A program made the translations under genes and the position numbers. This document shows, piece by piece, positions 38,081 through 47,585 of a stretch of DNA of 64,000 nt; positions within the stretch are counted from its first letter, which is position 1; each line of letters starts with the position of its first letter. This DNA is from Fibrobacter sp. (GTDB lineage Bacteria > Fibrobacterota > Fibrobacteria > Fibrobacterales > Fibrobacteraceae), in the NCBI GenBank assembly GCA_024399015.1, contig JAKSIC010000002.1, positions 68,732 to 132,731 of the forward strand. The letters are read 5' to 3'. The notes below the pieces were generated by a model. The model saw nothing but the letters and a program-made list of their open reading frames with translations. It had not been told where the DNA came from and did not search any database.

Positions 38081-41062
38081 TTATCGGTTGGACACCTTTG
38101 CTTTGGAAATCATGCGTCCGTTGAACTTAACTTTCACGAAATAAACGCCCTTGGGAAGCATTTCGCCATCAGCCTTCAGCAAGGTTTCGCCCGCGGGAAC
38201 ATCAGCACTCATGCCATATTTCATGGTGCCGCTCATATCGTAGTAGTAAACTTCTGCGAAGCCACTTTCTGAGGTTCGAATCACGCCAGAGACTGGGTTA
38301 TAGCCGACGATTCCGCGGACATTCACTACATTCTGCACAGCAGCAGGATTTTCAGGATTTTCGTCCTCGAACTTCACCTTGCCAGATTCATAATCGCGAT
38401 AGAGGCAGATGTCCGCCTGATCGAAATAGAACAAGTCGACATTCGGGCCACCCAAGGCAGAAACCGCAGTAAGCTTCAAGGTATTCTTACCTTCTACAAG
38501 TTTCACCTTCACCTCAGTTTCCATCCAGTTGGTCCAGCCATCGGTAGAAGCAAATTCCACTTCACGGACATCAACCCCATTAATGGACAGCATCATGTTA
38601 CGAGGATCTGCGCCACCGTTTGCAAAGCGGACGGTCACAGTCACTTCGCCAGCCTTCTTGGAATAAAGTTCCCAAACGCCATAGCTGCCAACTGCATTAT
38701 CAGAATTGAAGTAACCGCTATCCAGCCAGCCGGCATTGTATTCTTCATAAACGCCCAGCATTTCATCAGGAATGGCGGCGTTCACTTCGGAAGGATAGTT
38801 GGTAGAAATCGTGGGCTTACCGCCTTCGCTGCTAGAAGATTCTTCCGGCACAAAGCTGCTAGAGGATTGGGGAATCGAGGGGTCGGTCACCACGATCTGG
38901 CCAGAAAGGGAGGCAGCATCACCGGTGCCGCCAACGGTTGTTGCGGTAAAGGCAAAAGTACCGATTTCAGTAGGAGTACCGGAGATGTAAATCTTCTTGT
39001 CAGAGGTATTCAAAGTTGCAGTCACACCCTTGGGAAGGCCTTCCACCTTCACGCCGGTGCAGTTGGCATATGCGTACGCGAAGTCCAAAATGGCGGTACC
39101 CAAAGCAACGGTCTGACGGCTGGAACCGGCACCATTCTTGGTAATAGTTGCAGCAGGCATCACCACTTCGCCAGAACTTGCAACAGTATAAATTTCCGGC
39201 TGCTTCAAGCTTTTCACCATATCCGGCAAGTAGTAGCTCACGTGAGGCGGCTGGTTGTAAGCCACATTCTGCCAAGCCACGCTAACACGGTACTGAGAAT
39301 CGTGAAGCAAAGTATACAGGCGGAAGTTGGTCTTTACGGGAGTAGAGAAAATGGTCAGCAGAGAAGGGTCTGTGCTGGAACGGGCAATGAATTCTTCGCG
39401 CCAGTCGCCGAACAGATCCGCAGAAATGCAGGGATTAGCCTTGGTGGAATTGTTCAAGGTAGAACTATTCACGTTGTAGAAGCTGAAATAGCGATCGATG
39501 GTCTTGGCGGAAGAGTTCCACTTTTCGATCTTACCACCGCTGCCGTTAGAGCCCGTGTTGTCCAAAAGTTCATCCTGCAGGTCGCCGTCAAAGTAAATGC
39601 GGAAGTTCACGGAAGGCTTCTTGTCGGAAAGCAGAGCACCCTTTACAGTGCGGATTCCACCGCTGGTTCCAGACCACATTTCAAAACCGCGGTTGGTGGA
39701 ATCGATATCCGCCGCAAGGCCACGGCCATTATCTACACCGTCGCCCACCTGTTCAGTTCCCCAGATGACCTTACCATCGGGGCCGCGGAATTCTTCGGAA
39801 TACTTGTTCTTCTTTTCTTCGTGAACATCGTAAACTTCAAGACCAGCACGGTCCGGATCCATGTCGGAAAGATGCATGGCGTCGCCGTGACCAAATCCGG
39901 TGCGGTACAGCAAAGTGCCGTCGGACTTGAGGGCTGCAGAACCAAAGACAATTTCATCCTTGCCATCACCGTTAATGTCACCAACAGACAGGTTATGGTT
40001 ACCTTCGCCATAAAGGCCCTGGCCAGAGGTGGTTGCAGAATACTGCCAACGGTTCACCAATTTTCCATCCTTAAAGTCGTAGGCGGCCACAAAAGCCTGG
40101 GTGTAATAACCGCGGCACATAATCAAACTGGGGTGTTCGCCATCCAGGTAAGCAATGGCTGCCAGCATACGGTTATCGCGGTTACCGTAATTGTCGCCGG
40201 TAATCTTACCACGGGCAGGCCAATAGTTAATAGTGTTAATTTCTGCACCGGTAGTGCCATTGAAAACGGTCAGGTATTCGTTACCGCTCATGATGGTACC
40301 GGTGGAAGTGCGATAGTCCTTGGAAGCGTCGCCGATGACCTTACCCTTGCCATCTACAGTGCCGTCGCTAGTCTTTACTGCGATTTCTGCAATGCCGTCG
40401 CCATCAAGGTCGTAGACCATGAACTGGGTGTAATGGGCACCAGCGCGAATGTTTCGACCCAAGTCAATACGCCACATCTTGCGACCATCGAACTTATAGG
40501 CGTCCAAGTAAACGTTGCCGGTGTAACCGGACTGAGAGTTATCCTTGGAATTGTTAGGATCCCACTTCAGTACAAATTCCAGTTCGCCGTCACCATCCAG
40601 ATCACCCACGCTCATGTCGTTAGGGGTGTAACTGCAAGTGGTGCCGTCGGGTGTTTTCACGCCCTTAGGAACATCTACAGAAATGGTTGCATAGGGGAAG
40701 CTGAGACTGCCGGACTTGTAAGTCTTGTCATAAACAAAAGAAAGACCCTGGGCCTCGCCTTCTGCACCAGCCACAACAGGAGCCACAGTGTACTTAGAAG
40801 TTGTCTTGCCGGTAGCGTCCAGATAGTTGGTTGCCTGCGTTCCACTGATGGTGGCGATTTTTGCACCATCGCGATAAAGATTGAATTCCGTATTAGGCTT
40901 TTCTGTACCCAGAAGGCGCCAGCTGACAAGCATTCCGCCGCCAACGTTTGCAGCGACAAGGCCTCGGCTCAAATTTTCCATTTGACGAGCCGCATTTGCC
41001 TGAACGGTCAAACCAAGGCCCAAACCAAAAGCCACAACGGCTTTCACTAATCCATATCCCAT
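38081..41062 (-). CDS. Rhamnogalacturonan lyase (PL11) + Ig-like domain + CBM35 + C-terminal sorting domain
   Basis: RQMENLSRG, YTPNDMSVGDLDGDG, GHGDAMH, ADLFGDWREE, YNQPPH; insert GLPKGVTA..ISGTPT; start set at ATG 41062 after GGAG. Confidence 0.93.
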   Translation of the reverse strand: MGYGLVKAVVAFGLGLGLTVQANAARQMENLSRGLVAANVGGGMLVSWRLLGTEKPNTEFNLYRDGAKIATISGTQATNYLDATGKTTSKYTVAPVVAGAEGEAQGLSFVYDKTYKSGSLSFPYATISVDVPKGVKTPDGTTCSYTPNDMSVGDLDGDGELEFVLKWDPNNSKDNSQSGYTGNVYLDAYKFDGRKMWRIDLGRNIRAGAHYTQFMVYDLDGDGIAEIAVKTSDGTVDGKGKVIGDASKDYRTSTGTIMSGNEYLTVFNGTTGAEINTINYWPARGKITGDNYGNRDNRMLAAIAYLDGEHPSLIMCRGYYTQAFVAAYDFKDGKLVNRWQYSATTSGQGLYGEGNHNLSVGDINGDGKDEIVFGSAALKSDGTLLYRTGFGHGDAMHLSDMDPDRAGLEVYDVHEEKKNKYSEEFRGPDGKVIWGTEQVGDGVDNGRGLAADIDSTNRGFEMWSGTSGGIRTVKGALLSDKKPSVNFRIYFDGDLQDELLDNTGSNGSGGKIEKWNSSAKTIDRYFSFYNVNSSTLNNSTKANPCISADLFGDWREEFIARSSTDPSLLTIFSTPVKTNFRLYTLLHDSQYRVSVAWQNVAYNQPPHVSYYLPDMVKSLKQPEIYTVASSGEVVMPAATITKNGAGSSRQTVALGTAILDFAYAYANCTGVKVEGLPKGVTATLNTSDKKIYISGTPTEIGTFAFTATTVGGTGDAASLSGQIVVTDPSIPQSSSSFVPEESSSSEGGKPTISTNYPSEVNAAIPDEMLGVYEEYNAGWLDSGYFNSDNAVGSYGVWELYSKKAGEVTVTVRFANGGADPRNMMLSINGVDVREVEFASTDGWTNWMETEVKVKLVEGKNTLKLTAVSALGGPNVDLFYFDQADICLYRDYESGKVKFEDENPENPAAVQNVVNVRGIVGYNPVSGVIRTSESGFAEVYYYDMSGTMKYGMSADVPAGETLLKADGEMLPKGVYFVKVKFNGRMISKAKVSNR

Positions 41063-41197
41063 AACACACTCCATTCGGGCATAGCCCTTATGTTTTACAC
41101 CAAGAAGAAAACTAATCTAAAAAGGTTCCTACATCCACACCCTTCCCGATTTTACCGTAGTCCAGGGACTACGGACACCCATTTTCTTCTAATTTGG

Positions 41198-41236
41198 AAT
41201 ATACATACTTTTTATATAAAAGTCAACACTTTTGAG
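41198..41236 (-). promoter_or_regulatory. sigma70 promoter of the upstream PL11 gene with overlapping operator-like motif
   Basis: Minus strand TTGACT (41221-41226), 17 bp, TATATT (41198-41203); AAAAGTCAACACTTTTGAG 41218-41236 nearly equals AAAAAGTCTACACTTTGAG 31491-31509. Confidence 0.7.
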
Positions 41237-41385
41237 TTATTTTACAAAATTTTTAATTTTCAATTACAATTCACAAAATAAAAAGTCCACATTTCAAATA
41301 AAAATCCTCATTTTTTCATTTTTTAAGATACCAGGTTCACTCACCCGTCGTAGAACCACGCTTTTTTACTACATTTTGGCCCGTT

Positions 41386-42378
41386 ATGGCAAAATGGTGG
41401 AGTAAGTTTTCTTGGGAGTGGCTGTTCGATGGTATCGCAGCCCGCTCTCCGACTTTTGTAAAAGTCATTATCGTCACCGGCAAGTCATTCTTTTACTACC
41501 ACGGCATGACCCGTGCAGCTTCCCTGACCTACACCACCCTGGTGGCAGTGGTTCCCCTCCTGATTTTGCTTACATCCATATCCCTTGCCGTGGGCCTCGG
41601 CCATTTCATGTCTGATTATTTGCCCATTTTGCTGGACATGCTCAACCTGGACTGGCCCACCGAAGGCCTTATCGAGATCGTCAAGAACGCAGAACACGTT
41701 CCCATCGGCAAACTGGGATTCGTCGGCGCACTCGGCCTTTTTGTCACATTCATCCTGGCTTTCGGCAGTCTGGAAACAAACTTCAACGTGGTTTGGGAAA
41801 ACAAGACCTCCAGAACCTTGCTCCGCCAGACCCAGATCTACACGCCGTTTTTGTTGATTGTGGCCGGCATCATCGGCATGTTTGCAGGATTTGTAAACCA
41901 CATTCAGCAGGTTTTGAACATGATTGTGGTAGAAGGTTTGCACTTCTCCCCCGAAACATTGACAACGATCATCAACGCCTTCTGGTACACCGCCTTCCAT
42001 TTTGCGGCCATCCTGTTGATTTTCCTGATGCTCCGAGCCCTGCCCGCTAGACCGAGGAAAAAGGCAAAGCTTTATACAAAGCAAAAATTGACCCTCGTAT
42101 CCTTGATGTCCGCCCTTATTTCCTGGTTCGCCATCAATATTTACGTGAAAATTTTGATGTTCATCCAGACCGCCATGGTCACCCGTATGTCCATCTTCTA
42201 CGGTTCTCTGGCCTTTATTCCCCTACTTTTGTTCTTGGTTTTTGGAATCTGGACAATTATATTATGTGGAAACAGCCTCGTGTGGACCATCTGTTGTTGG
42301 CCCGAGGCCAAGGAAAAGAAATGGAACTGGGAAGCAACCCTGGAGGACGTCCATGACAGCTCTATCGATGAAAAATAA
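41386..42378 (+). CDS. YihY/virulence factor BrkB family membrane protein
   Basis: RAASLTYTTLVAVVPLL, LETNFNVVW, IFYGSLAFIPLLLF; multiple TM helices. Confidence 0.9.
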   Translation: MAKWWSKFSWEWLFDGIAARSPTFVKVIIVTGKSFFYYHGMTRAASLTYTTLVAVVPLLILLTSISLAVGLGHFMSDYLPILLDMLNLDWPTEGLIEIVKNAEHVPIGKLGFVGALGLFVTFILAFGSLETNFNVVWENKTSRTLLRQTQIYTPFLLIVAGIIGMFAGFVNHIQQVLNMIVVEGLHFSPETLTTIINAFWYTAFHFAAILLIFLMLRALPARPRKKAKLYTKQKLTLVSLMSALISWFAINIYVKILMFIQTAMVTRMSIFYGSLAFIPLLLFLVFGIWTIILCGNSLVWTICCWPEAKEKKWNWEATLEDVHDSSIDEK

Positions 42379-42961
42379 GATTATCGCCGCGGCACTTCTC
42401 GTATTTGCCTGCGCAACCAGCAGCTTTGCGGAACTCCGTTCTGTACAGTTCACACCTGAGGAACAGGCCAACGAAGGTCTTAAGACCTACATCGGCTTTG
42501 GTGGTGGCAACTCCATGATTATCGACGACGGAACCATTTTCATGAACCTCCGTATCGGTATTGAATTCAACTCTTTCATTGCCGCTGGAGCCTGGTTCTC
42601 CACCATTCTCAGCGACGTTCGTAACTACTCTGCCCCGGTTCCCGAAATGATCGACTATAGCGCATTCGGTCTGCAGGCAGAAGTCACCCCCTATCGCCAC
42701 AATTTCTTCTCCATTTCCATTCCGGTGAATATCGGTGGTGGTGCAGTGAACATTCTCAGAAAGGGTGACGAAGCATTCTCTTCCGAAGACTACTTCTTTG
42801 TAGTTGATGCATCCGCCCAGTTCAATTTCAAGGTGACCAAGAGACTTGAACTGTCCGTGGGTGGTGGTTACCGCGTATTCGCAGGTGTTGAAGCAAGCAA
42901 CCTGGAAAGCGGCGACTTCTGCACTCCTTTCGGCGAACTGAGATTCACCTTTAAGGAATAA
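42353..42961 (+). CDS. Hypothetical outer-membrane beta-barrel protein
   Basis: GGAGG then ATG 42353 (or 42368); signal peptide, amphipathic strands, VGGGYRVF, ELRFTF. Confidence 0.7.
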   Translation: MTALSMKNKIIAAALLVFACATSSFAELRSVQFTPEEQANEGLKTYIGFGGGNSMIIDDGTIFMNLRIGIEFNSFIAAGAWFSTILSDVRNYSAPVPEMIDYSAFGLQAEVTPYRHNFFSISIPVNIGGGAVNILRKGDEAFSSEDYFFVVDASAQFNFKVTKRLELSVGGGYRVFAGVEASNLESGDFCTPFGELRFTFKE

Positions 42962-43047
42962 AGATGCAAGGGGCGCGCCCACTGCCACCCCTCAACCTCC
43001 CCCTGGATGCAAATTTCACAAGGGCGATGCCCCAAGGACGGCGGTTT

Positions 43048-45456
43048 ATGGCAGATTTCATTTCTCTTCGCGGATGTAGGCTTCACAACCTGAAGAATGT
43101 GGACGCCCAGTTCCCGTTGGGAAAGATTACCGTCGTATGCGGTCCGTCGGGTTGCGGAAAATCCACCCTGGTCTTGGACACTTTGCATGGGGAGTCGAAA
43201 CGACGTTACCTCGAAACGCTTTCTCCTTTTGCGTGCGAATTGCTGGGCGGCCGCAGAAATATTCCTCTGGATAGTGCCGAAGGTTTATCCGCTAGCTTGG
43301 CCATTGGGCCGAGCCACGGTGAAGCGCCTGCAAAAGCTTACGCCTTGAGCATTTCCGAATGCGATAGCGCATTGAGGACTCTGTTTGCAGCCTTTGCGAA
43401 GCCGGCCTGCCCTGTGTGCGGCAGTCCCATGGAATCTACCAGCAGAGAAGAAATTATCAGGCAGATCGCAAGCAGGCCGGAAGGGACGAAACTGCAGTTC
43501 TTCGCCCGAATGGACACCGGCAGCAAGGTTACAGCAAGCGGCAAGCATGTCGCAGGACAGTCTCTGGATAAGTTGTCCGCAGTCTTTCTGGCTCAAGGCT
43601 ACACCCGCGCCATGGCCGACGGCGTAGTTTATTCTCTCGCAGACCTGAGGGACAACGAACGAGAAATTTGTCCCGAAGAATTTTTCATTGTGGTAGACCG
43701 CGTTATCGTTCGCGAAAATACCCGCACCCGAATTGCAGAAGCCGTCGATGGCGTTTTGCGACTCACCCATTCCGAGCTGACCTTGGACGAAAACGGGACA
43801 CGAACCGTTTTCAGCACCGTGCCCTGCTGTAAGGAACATGGGGCTCCCGACATGGCCAAGGCTCTGGAAGCCGCAGACTTTTCACCCTATTCCAGAGCAG
43901 CCGCCTGTACATGCTGTGGCGGAAAGGGAATCGCCAGCGAGGATGTCGGCGATGACGAAGATTGCACCGAATGTCCGGAATGCGGCGGTCTGCGTTTGAA
44001 GAAAGAATTCCTGAACGCCACCATCGATGGAATTACTTGGGCAGAAGTTCTAAACACCCCCTTCTCCCTGCTGGACAAAAAGGTTCGCACCTTGTTCGAA
44101 AGACGCGTCAAGCAGAACCTGCTCCCCACCATGAACAGCCTGCTGGACCGCATCGAAGCCATTAACGAACTGGACATCGGTTACTTGACCGCAGGCCGTT
44201 CCGGCACTACATTGTCTGGCGGCGAAATGCAACGCCTGCGTTTGGCAAGCCTTTCTACCGGCCACCTGAACGGACTTTTGATTGCATTGGATGAACCAGC
44301 CAGCGGCCTCCACCATACGGATGTGGACGCCCTCTGGAAAGTGCTGAAAAAAGTCCAGTCACGAGGCAACACCCTAGTTTTGATCGAGCACAATCCCGGC
44401 ATTATTGCAAAGGCGGATTGGATTATTGAAATGGGTCCCGGCGCCGGCGAAAAAGGTGGCGAAGTGCTGTTCATGGGCCCCGCTGCAGAAGTCTTGAAGA
44501 ACCCCGCCTCCCCCACGGGAAATTGGATCAAGTATCTAAAGGGAACCCGCTCTGTCAAAAATTCGAAGGAAGAGAAGGTCGCCGGCGGACGTGGGAAAAC
44601 ATCTAAAACCGCACCGCAGGCAATTTCCGTCAAGGACTTCGCCCTTTTCGACATGAAATCTGTTTCCGCCGATTTCCCTCTGAAAAAGTTCAGTGTCATC
44701 ACCGGCCAAAGCGGCAGCGGAAAATCCACCCTCATGTTCAAGAATCTGGCTGTCCGCGCAAAGGCAGGTGAATTCTCCTCCCTCGGCATCGACGCCCTGT
44801 CCATCCTTTCCACAGGGGATTTCCACGGTAACCGCCGCAGCACCGTTTTAAGTGCCATCAACATGGGGAACCTGCTGCGAGACCTGTTCGCAAAGCTTCC
44901 CGAAAGTAAAGTCCGTGGTTACGCAGCCGGCAAATTCGCGACCCACGCTGCAGGCGGCCGCTGCGAAAACTGCAAGGGCGAAGGCGTCATCCTGGACCCC
45001 TCCGGCTACGAGGAAACGGAATGCCCTGTGTGCCTGGGCAAGCGCTTCCGCGACGAAGTTCTTGAAATTCGATTCAAGAGCCTTTCCATCGCCGACATTC
45101 TGGACATGGAAATTGGCAACGCCTACAAGCTTTTCGCCAACATGAAACCCTTCGCCGACAAGTTGAAACCTCTAGTGGATACAGGCCTGGACTACCTGCG
45201 TTTAGGACAATCCACCGCCCACATGTCCGGCGGCGAACGCGCCCGTTTGCGACTTTCCATCGCTCTTGCCCGAGCAAAGGCACCCAATACACTTTTCTTA
45301 TTTGACGAACCAGCCCGCGGCCTCCATCAGGTAGACATCCAGCACCTGCTAGAATTGATTAAGGGCCTAACCGAGGCCGAACACACCGTCATAGCCATTG
45401 AACACGCACAAGATTTCGTGAACGCAGCGGACTACGTGGTGGAATTGAGCAGATAG
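43048..45456 (+). CDS. uvrA: Divergent UvrA-family ABC ATPase (UvrA2-like paralog)
   Basis: RLHNLKNV, GPSGCGKST, LSGGEMQRL, LDEPASGLH; second NBD GQSGSGKST, GGRCENCKGEG, MSGGE, FDEPARGLH; start set at ATG 43048. Confidence 0.8.
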   Translation: MADFISLRGCRLHNLKNVDAQFPLGKITVVCGPSGCGKSTLVLDTLHGESKRRYLETLSPFACELLGGRRNIPLDSAEGLSASLAIGPSHGEAPAKAYALSISECDSALRTLFAAFAKPACPVCGSPMESTSREEIIRQIASRPEGTKLQFFARMDTGSKVTASGKHVAGQSLDKLSAVFLAQGYTRAMADGVVYSLADLRDNEREICPEEFFIVVDRVIVRENTRTRIAEAVDGVLRLTHSELTLDENGTRTVFSTVPCCKEHGAPDMAKALEAADFSPYSRAAACTCCGGKGIASEDVGDDEDCTECPECGGLRLKKEFLNATIDGITWAEVLNTPFSLLDKKVRTLFERRVKQNLLPTMNSLLDRIEAINELDIGYLTAGRSGTTLSGGEMQRLRLASLSTGHLNGLLIALDEPASGLHHTDVDALWKVLKKVQSRGNTLVLIEHNPGIIAKADWIIEMGPGAGEKGGEVLFMGPAAEVLKNPASPTGNWIKYLKGTRSVKNSKEEKVAGGRGKTSKTAPQAISVKDFALFDMKSVSADFPLKKFSVITGQSGSGKSTLMFKNLAVRAKAGEFSSLGIDALSILSTGDFHGNRRSTVLSAINMGNLLRDLFAKLPESKVRGYAAGKFATHAAGGRCENCKGEGVILDPSGYEETECPVCLGKRFRDEVLEIRFKSLSIADILDMEIGNAYKLFANMKPFADKLKPLVDTGLDYLRLGQSTAHMSGGERARLRLSIALARAKAPNTLFLFDEPARGLHQVDIQHLLELIKGLTEAEHTVIAIEHAQDFVNAADYVVELSR

Positions 45457-45459
45457 AAG

Positions 45460-46320
45460 TTAGTCCTTGAGGCAACGCAAACTTAGACCGTAGTCCTTGA
45501 AGTCGTTGTACAGGTAGGCGTCGTCGTCACTGTTGTAGAAGCTCTGGCGCCACGCGTAGTAGCTATTGAACTCAGAAGCAGACCTCAAGTAGGCGCAGCT
45601 GCCCTCAGTGTCGAAATTGCCATTGCGGCTCCTGTTACCGGCGGGGAGCACCGAGAAACCATACTTGTCGGTACCGTTACCGATCTTGCCGTTATAATCA
45701 TTCCAGCCGCTGGAGGATTTCAACAACGAACCAGCGGTGCTGGAACCACCGATGTAGGTGTACAGAGTGCTGTACTCCTCGTTCGTGGGCACATGCCAGC
45801 CCTCGGGGCAAATGCCGCGGTGGGGGCTATTAGGGGTACAGGTCTTACCGTAGCCGCATTTGGTTCCTGCGTTTACGCTGAACTGGGCTGCACTGTCCAT
45901 CACGGCGCTCCAGGTGTACAGGCGACCATACTTGTCGCAGTTGGAAGCCTTGTTTTCGTAGCACCAGCTGGTGGAATCGGAAGTGTAACTGCTGTAATTG
46001 TACTTCACGCCAGTGTATGCGTAGTTCAGGTTTTCCGCCATCCAGGTCTGGGTGCCAATGGTGACTGTCTTGTAAACTTGACCGTCGCGTTCATCAGTAA
46101 ACTCGCCGTAGTCAATGTCAGGGTTCAGGTAGGACCAATTCGCCTTGGAACTGCTAGATCCTTCGCTATCGTTCAGGATGACTCTAGAAGACGAAGAATC
46201 ATCATCATTTGACGGTCCGTTTGTAGAGCCTCCGTCACCACAGGCGGCAAGGCTCAAAGCCAGGGCAAAAGCACCAACTGCAATCGCACTAAATCCAAAA
46301 TTCAACTTCATATTTTTCAT
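45460..46320 (-). CDS. FISUMP domain lipoprotein
   Basis: Lipobox LAAC; DERDGQVYKTVTIGTQTWMAENLNY, YGRLYTW, GICPEGWHVP, LRCLKD; start set at ATG 46320. Confidence 0.93.
   Translation of the reverse strand: MKNMKLNFGFSAIAVGAFALALSLAACGDGGSTNGPSNDDDSSSSRVILNDSEGSSSSKANWSYLNPDIDYGEFTDERDGQVYKTVTIGTQTWMAENLNYAYTGVKYNYSSYTSDSTSWCYENKASNCDKYGRLYTWSAVMDSAAQFSVNAGTKCGYGKTCTPNSPHRGICPEGWHVPTNEEYSTLYTYIGGSSTAGSLLKSSSGWNDYNGKIGNGTDKYGFSVLPAGNRSRNGNFDTEGSCAYLRSASEFNSYYAWRQSFYNSDDDAYLYNDFKDYGLSLRCLKD
46156..46182. repeat. REP-like element in the FISUMP linker (encodes VILNDSEGS)
   Basis: AGATCCTTCGCTATCGTTCAGGATGAC, same family as 4731-4758. Confidence 0.6.
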
Positions 46321-46374
46321 AGGGTCCTCAAACCTCCCGTTTTTCAAGATTTGCTCTACGAACAAATTAAAAAA

Positions 46375-47550
46375 TCACTTTCTCAAATATCCTGCATATT
46401 GGAACAAACTAAGGCCAAATTCCGGAAGCACAGCAATCAGGTGGTCAAAGATATCCGCCTGGATTCCTTCGTAGGTAATCCATTCTGTCTTGTTGGTAAA
46501 GGCGTAAATTTCCAGAGGCAAGCCCTCGGGGGACGGCGGCAACTGGCGGGTCATCAAGGTCATGTTCTGAGCCACATCCTCTAAGGAACGCAGGTAGGCC
46601 GTACAGTAGGCACGGAAAGTTCCGATGTTTGTGAGATGACGGCTGTTCACCATATCCAATTCACTGGGCACGGCACCTTCCCCATACTTGGCGGTAAATT
46701 CCGATGCAAGCTCAGCACGTTTTTCATCCATATACGGCTTCAGGATTTCAATCTTGGAAAGGCGTTCGATTTCATCGGGAGTCAAGAAGCGAATGCTTTG
46801 CTGGTCAATGAGCAGAGAGCGCTTGATGCGGCGACCGCCGGATTCTTCCATGCCGCGCCAGTTCTTGAAACTGTTGGTAATGAGGTCATAGGCTGGAATT
46901 ACAGAAATGGTCTTGTCCCAGTTGCGGACCTTCACAGAAGTCAAAGTGATGTCGATAACCGTACCATCGGCATTGTGGCGTTCAATTTCAATCCAGTCGC
47001 CCTTGCGAAGCAAATCAGAAATATTGATCTGGATACCGGAAACCACGCCCAAAATAGAGTCGCGGAAAATCAACATCAGCACGGTAGCAGCGGCGCCCAA
47101 TGCAGACAAAATAAACACAGGGCTCTTGCCAGAAACCTGGGAAACGATAACAATTGCGCACACGCAGAAAATAGCCAGTTTGATGGCCTGGAAGATTCCA
47201 TGCAAAGGCTTATTCCTGGTCTTTTGGTTGTTATCGTTCAACGCCTCGATCACATCAAAAATGGAGCAGCCTACCGCAAAGCCAACCAGTGCAAACCACA
47301 CGTTGGAGACTCGGGTACACAAGTCCAGAAGGGTGGATCCCGCAGGCAAAATTTCGGCAATTCCGGTACTGAATACGGCAGCCGGCATGAACTGCAACCC
47401 CCTGGAGAAAAAGTTCTTTTCTACCAGGAGGTCGTCAAACTTATTGGGAGTCTTTTCGGCAATTTTCTTGGCAATGGGATTTACCACGAAAAAACACAGT
47501 GCCATAGCCAGCACAACGATAATAAGCAATATTGCAAACTTGTAATCCAT
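46375..47550 (-). CDS. Mechanosensitive ion channel, MscS family (YbdG/MscM-like)
   Basis: LGAAATVLMLIFRDSILG, GDWIEI, VKVRNWDKTI, NWRGMEESGGRRIKRS, LTNIGTFR, EGLPLEIY. Confidence 0.93.
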   Translation of the reverse strand: MDYKFAILLIIVVLAMALCFFVVNPIAKKIAEKTPNKFDDLLVEKNFFSRGLQFMPAAVFSTGIAEILPAGSTLLDLCTRVSNVWFALVGFAVGCSIFDVIEALNDNNQKTRNKPLHGIFQAIKLAIFCVCAIVIVSQVSGKSPVFILSALGAAATVLMLIFRDSILGVVSGIQINISDLLRKGDWIEIERHNADGTVIDITLTSVKVRNWDKTISVIPAYDLITNSFKNWRGMEESGGRRIKRSLLIDQQSIRFLTPDEIERLSKIEILKPYMDEKRAELASEFTAKYGEGAVPSELDMVNSRHLTNIGTFRAYCTAYLRSLEDVAQNMTLMTRQLPPSPEGLPLEIYAFTNKTEWITYEGIQADIFDHLIAVLPEFGLSLFQYAGYLRK

Positions 47551-47585
47551 AGCCTAAAAATAAAAAAATTGCTAGATTATCGACC

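Noticed and set aside
31505-41050. Long plus-strand ORFs opposite the CE12 and PL11 genes
   Set aside because: Antisense shadows; the minus-strand frames carry clear CAZyme motifs, signal peptides and RBSs.
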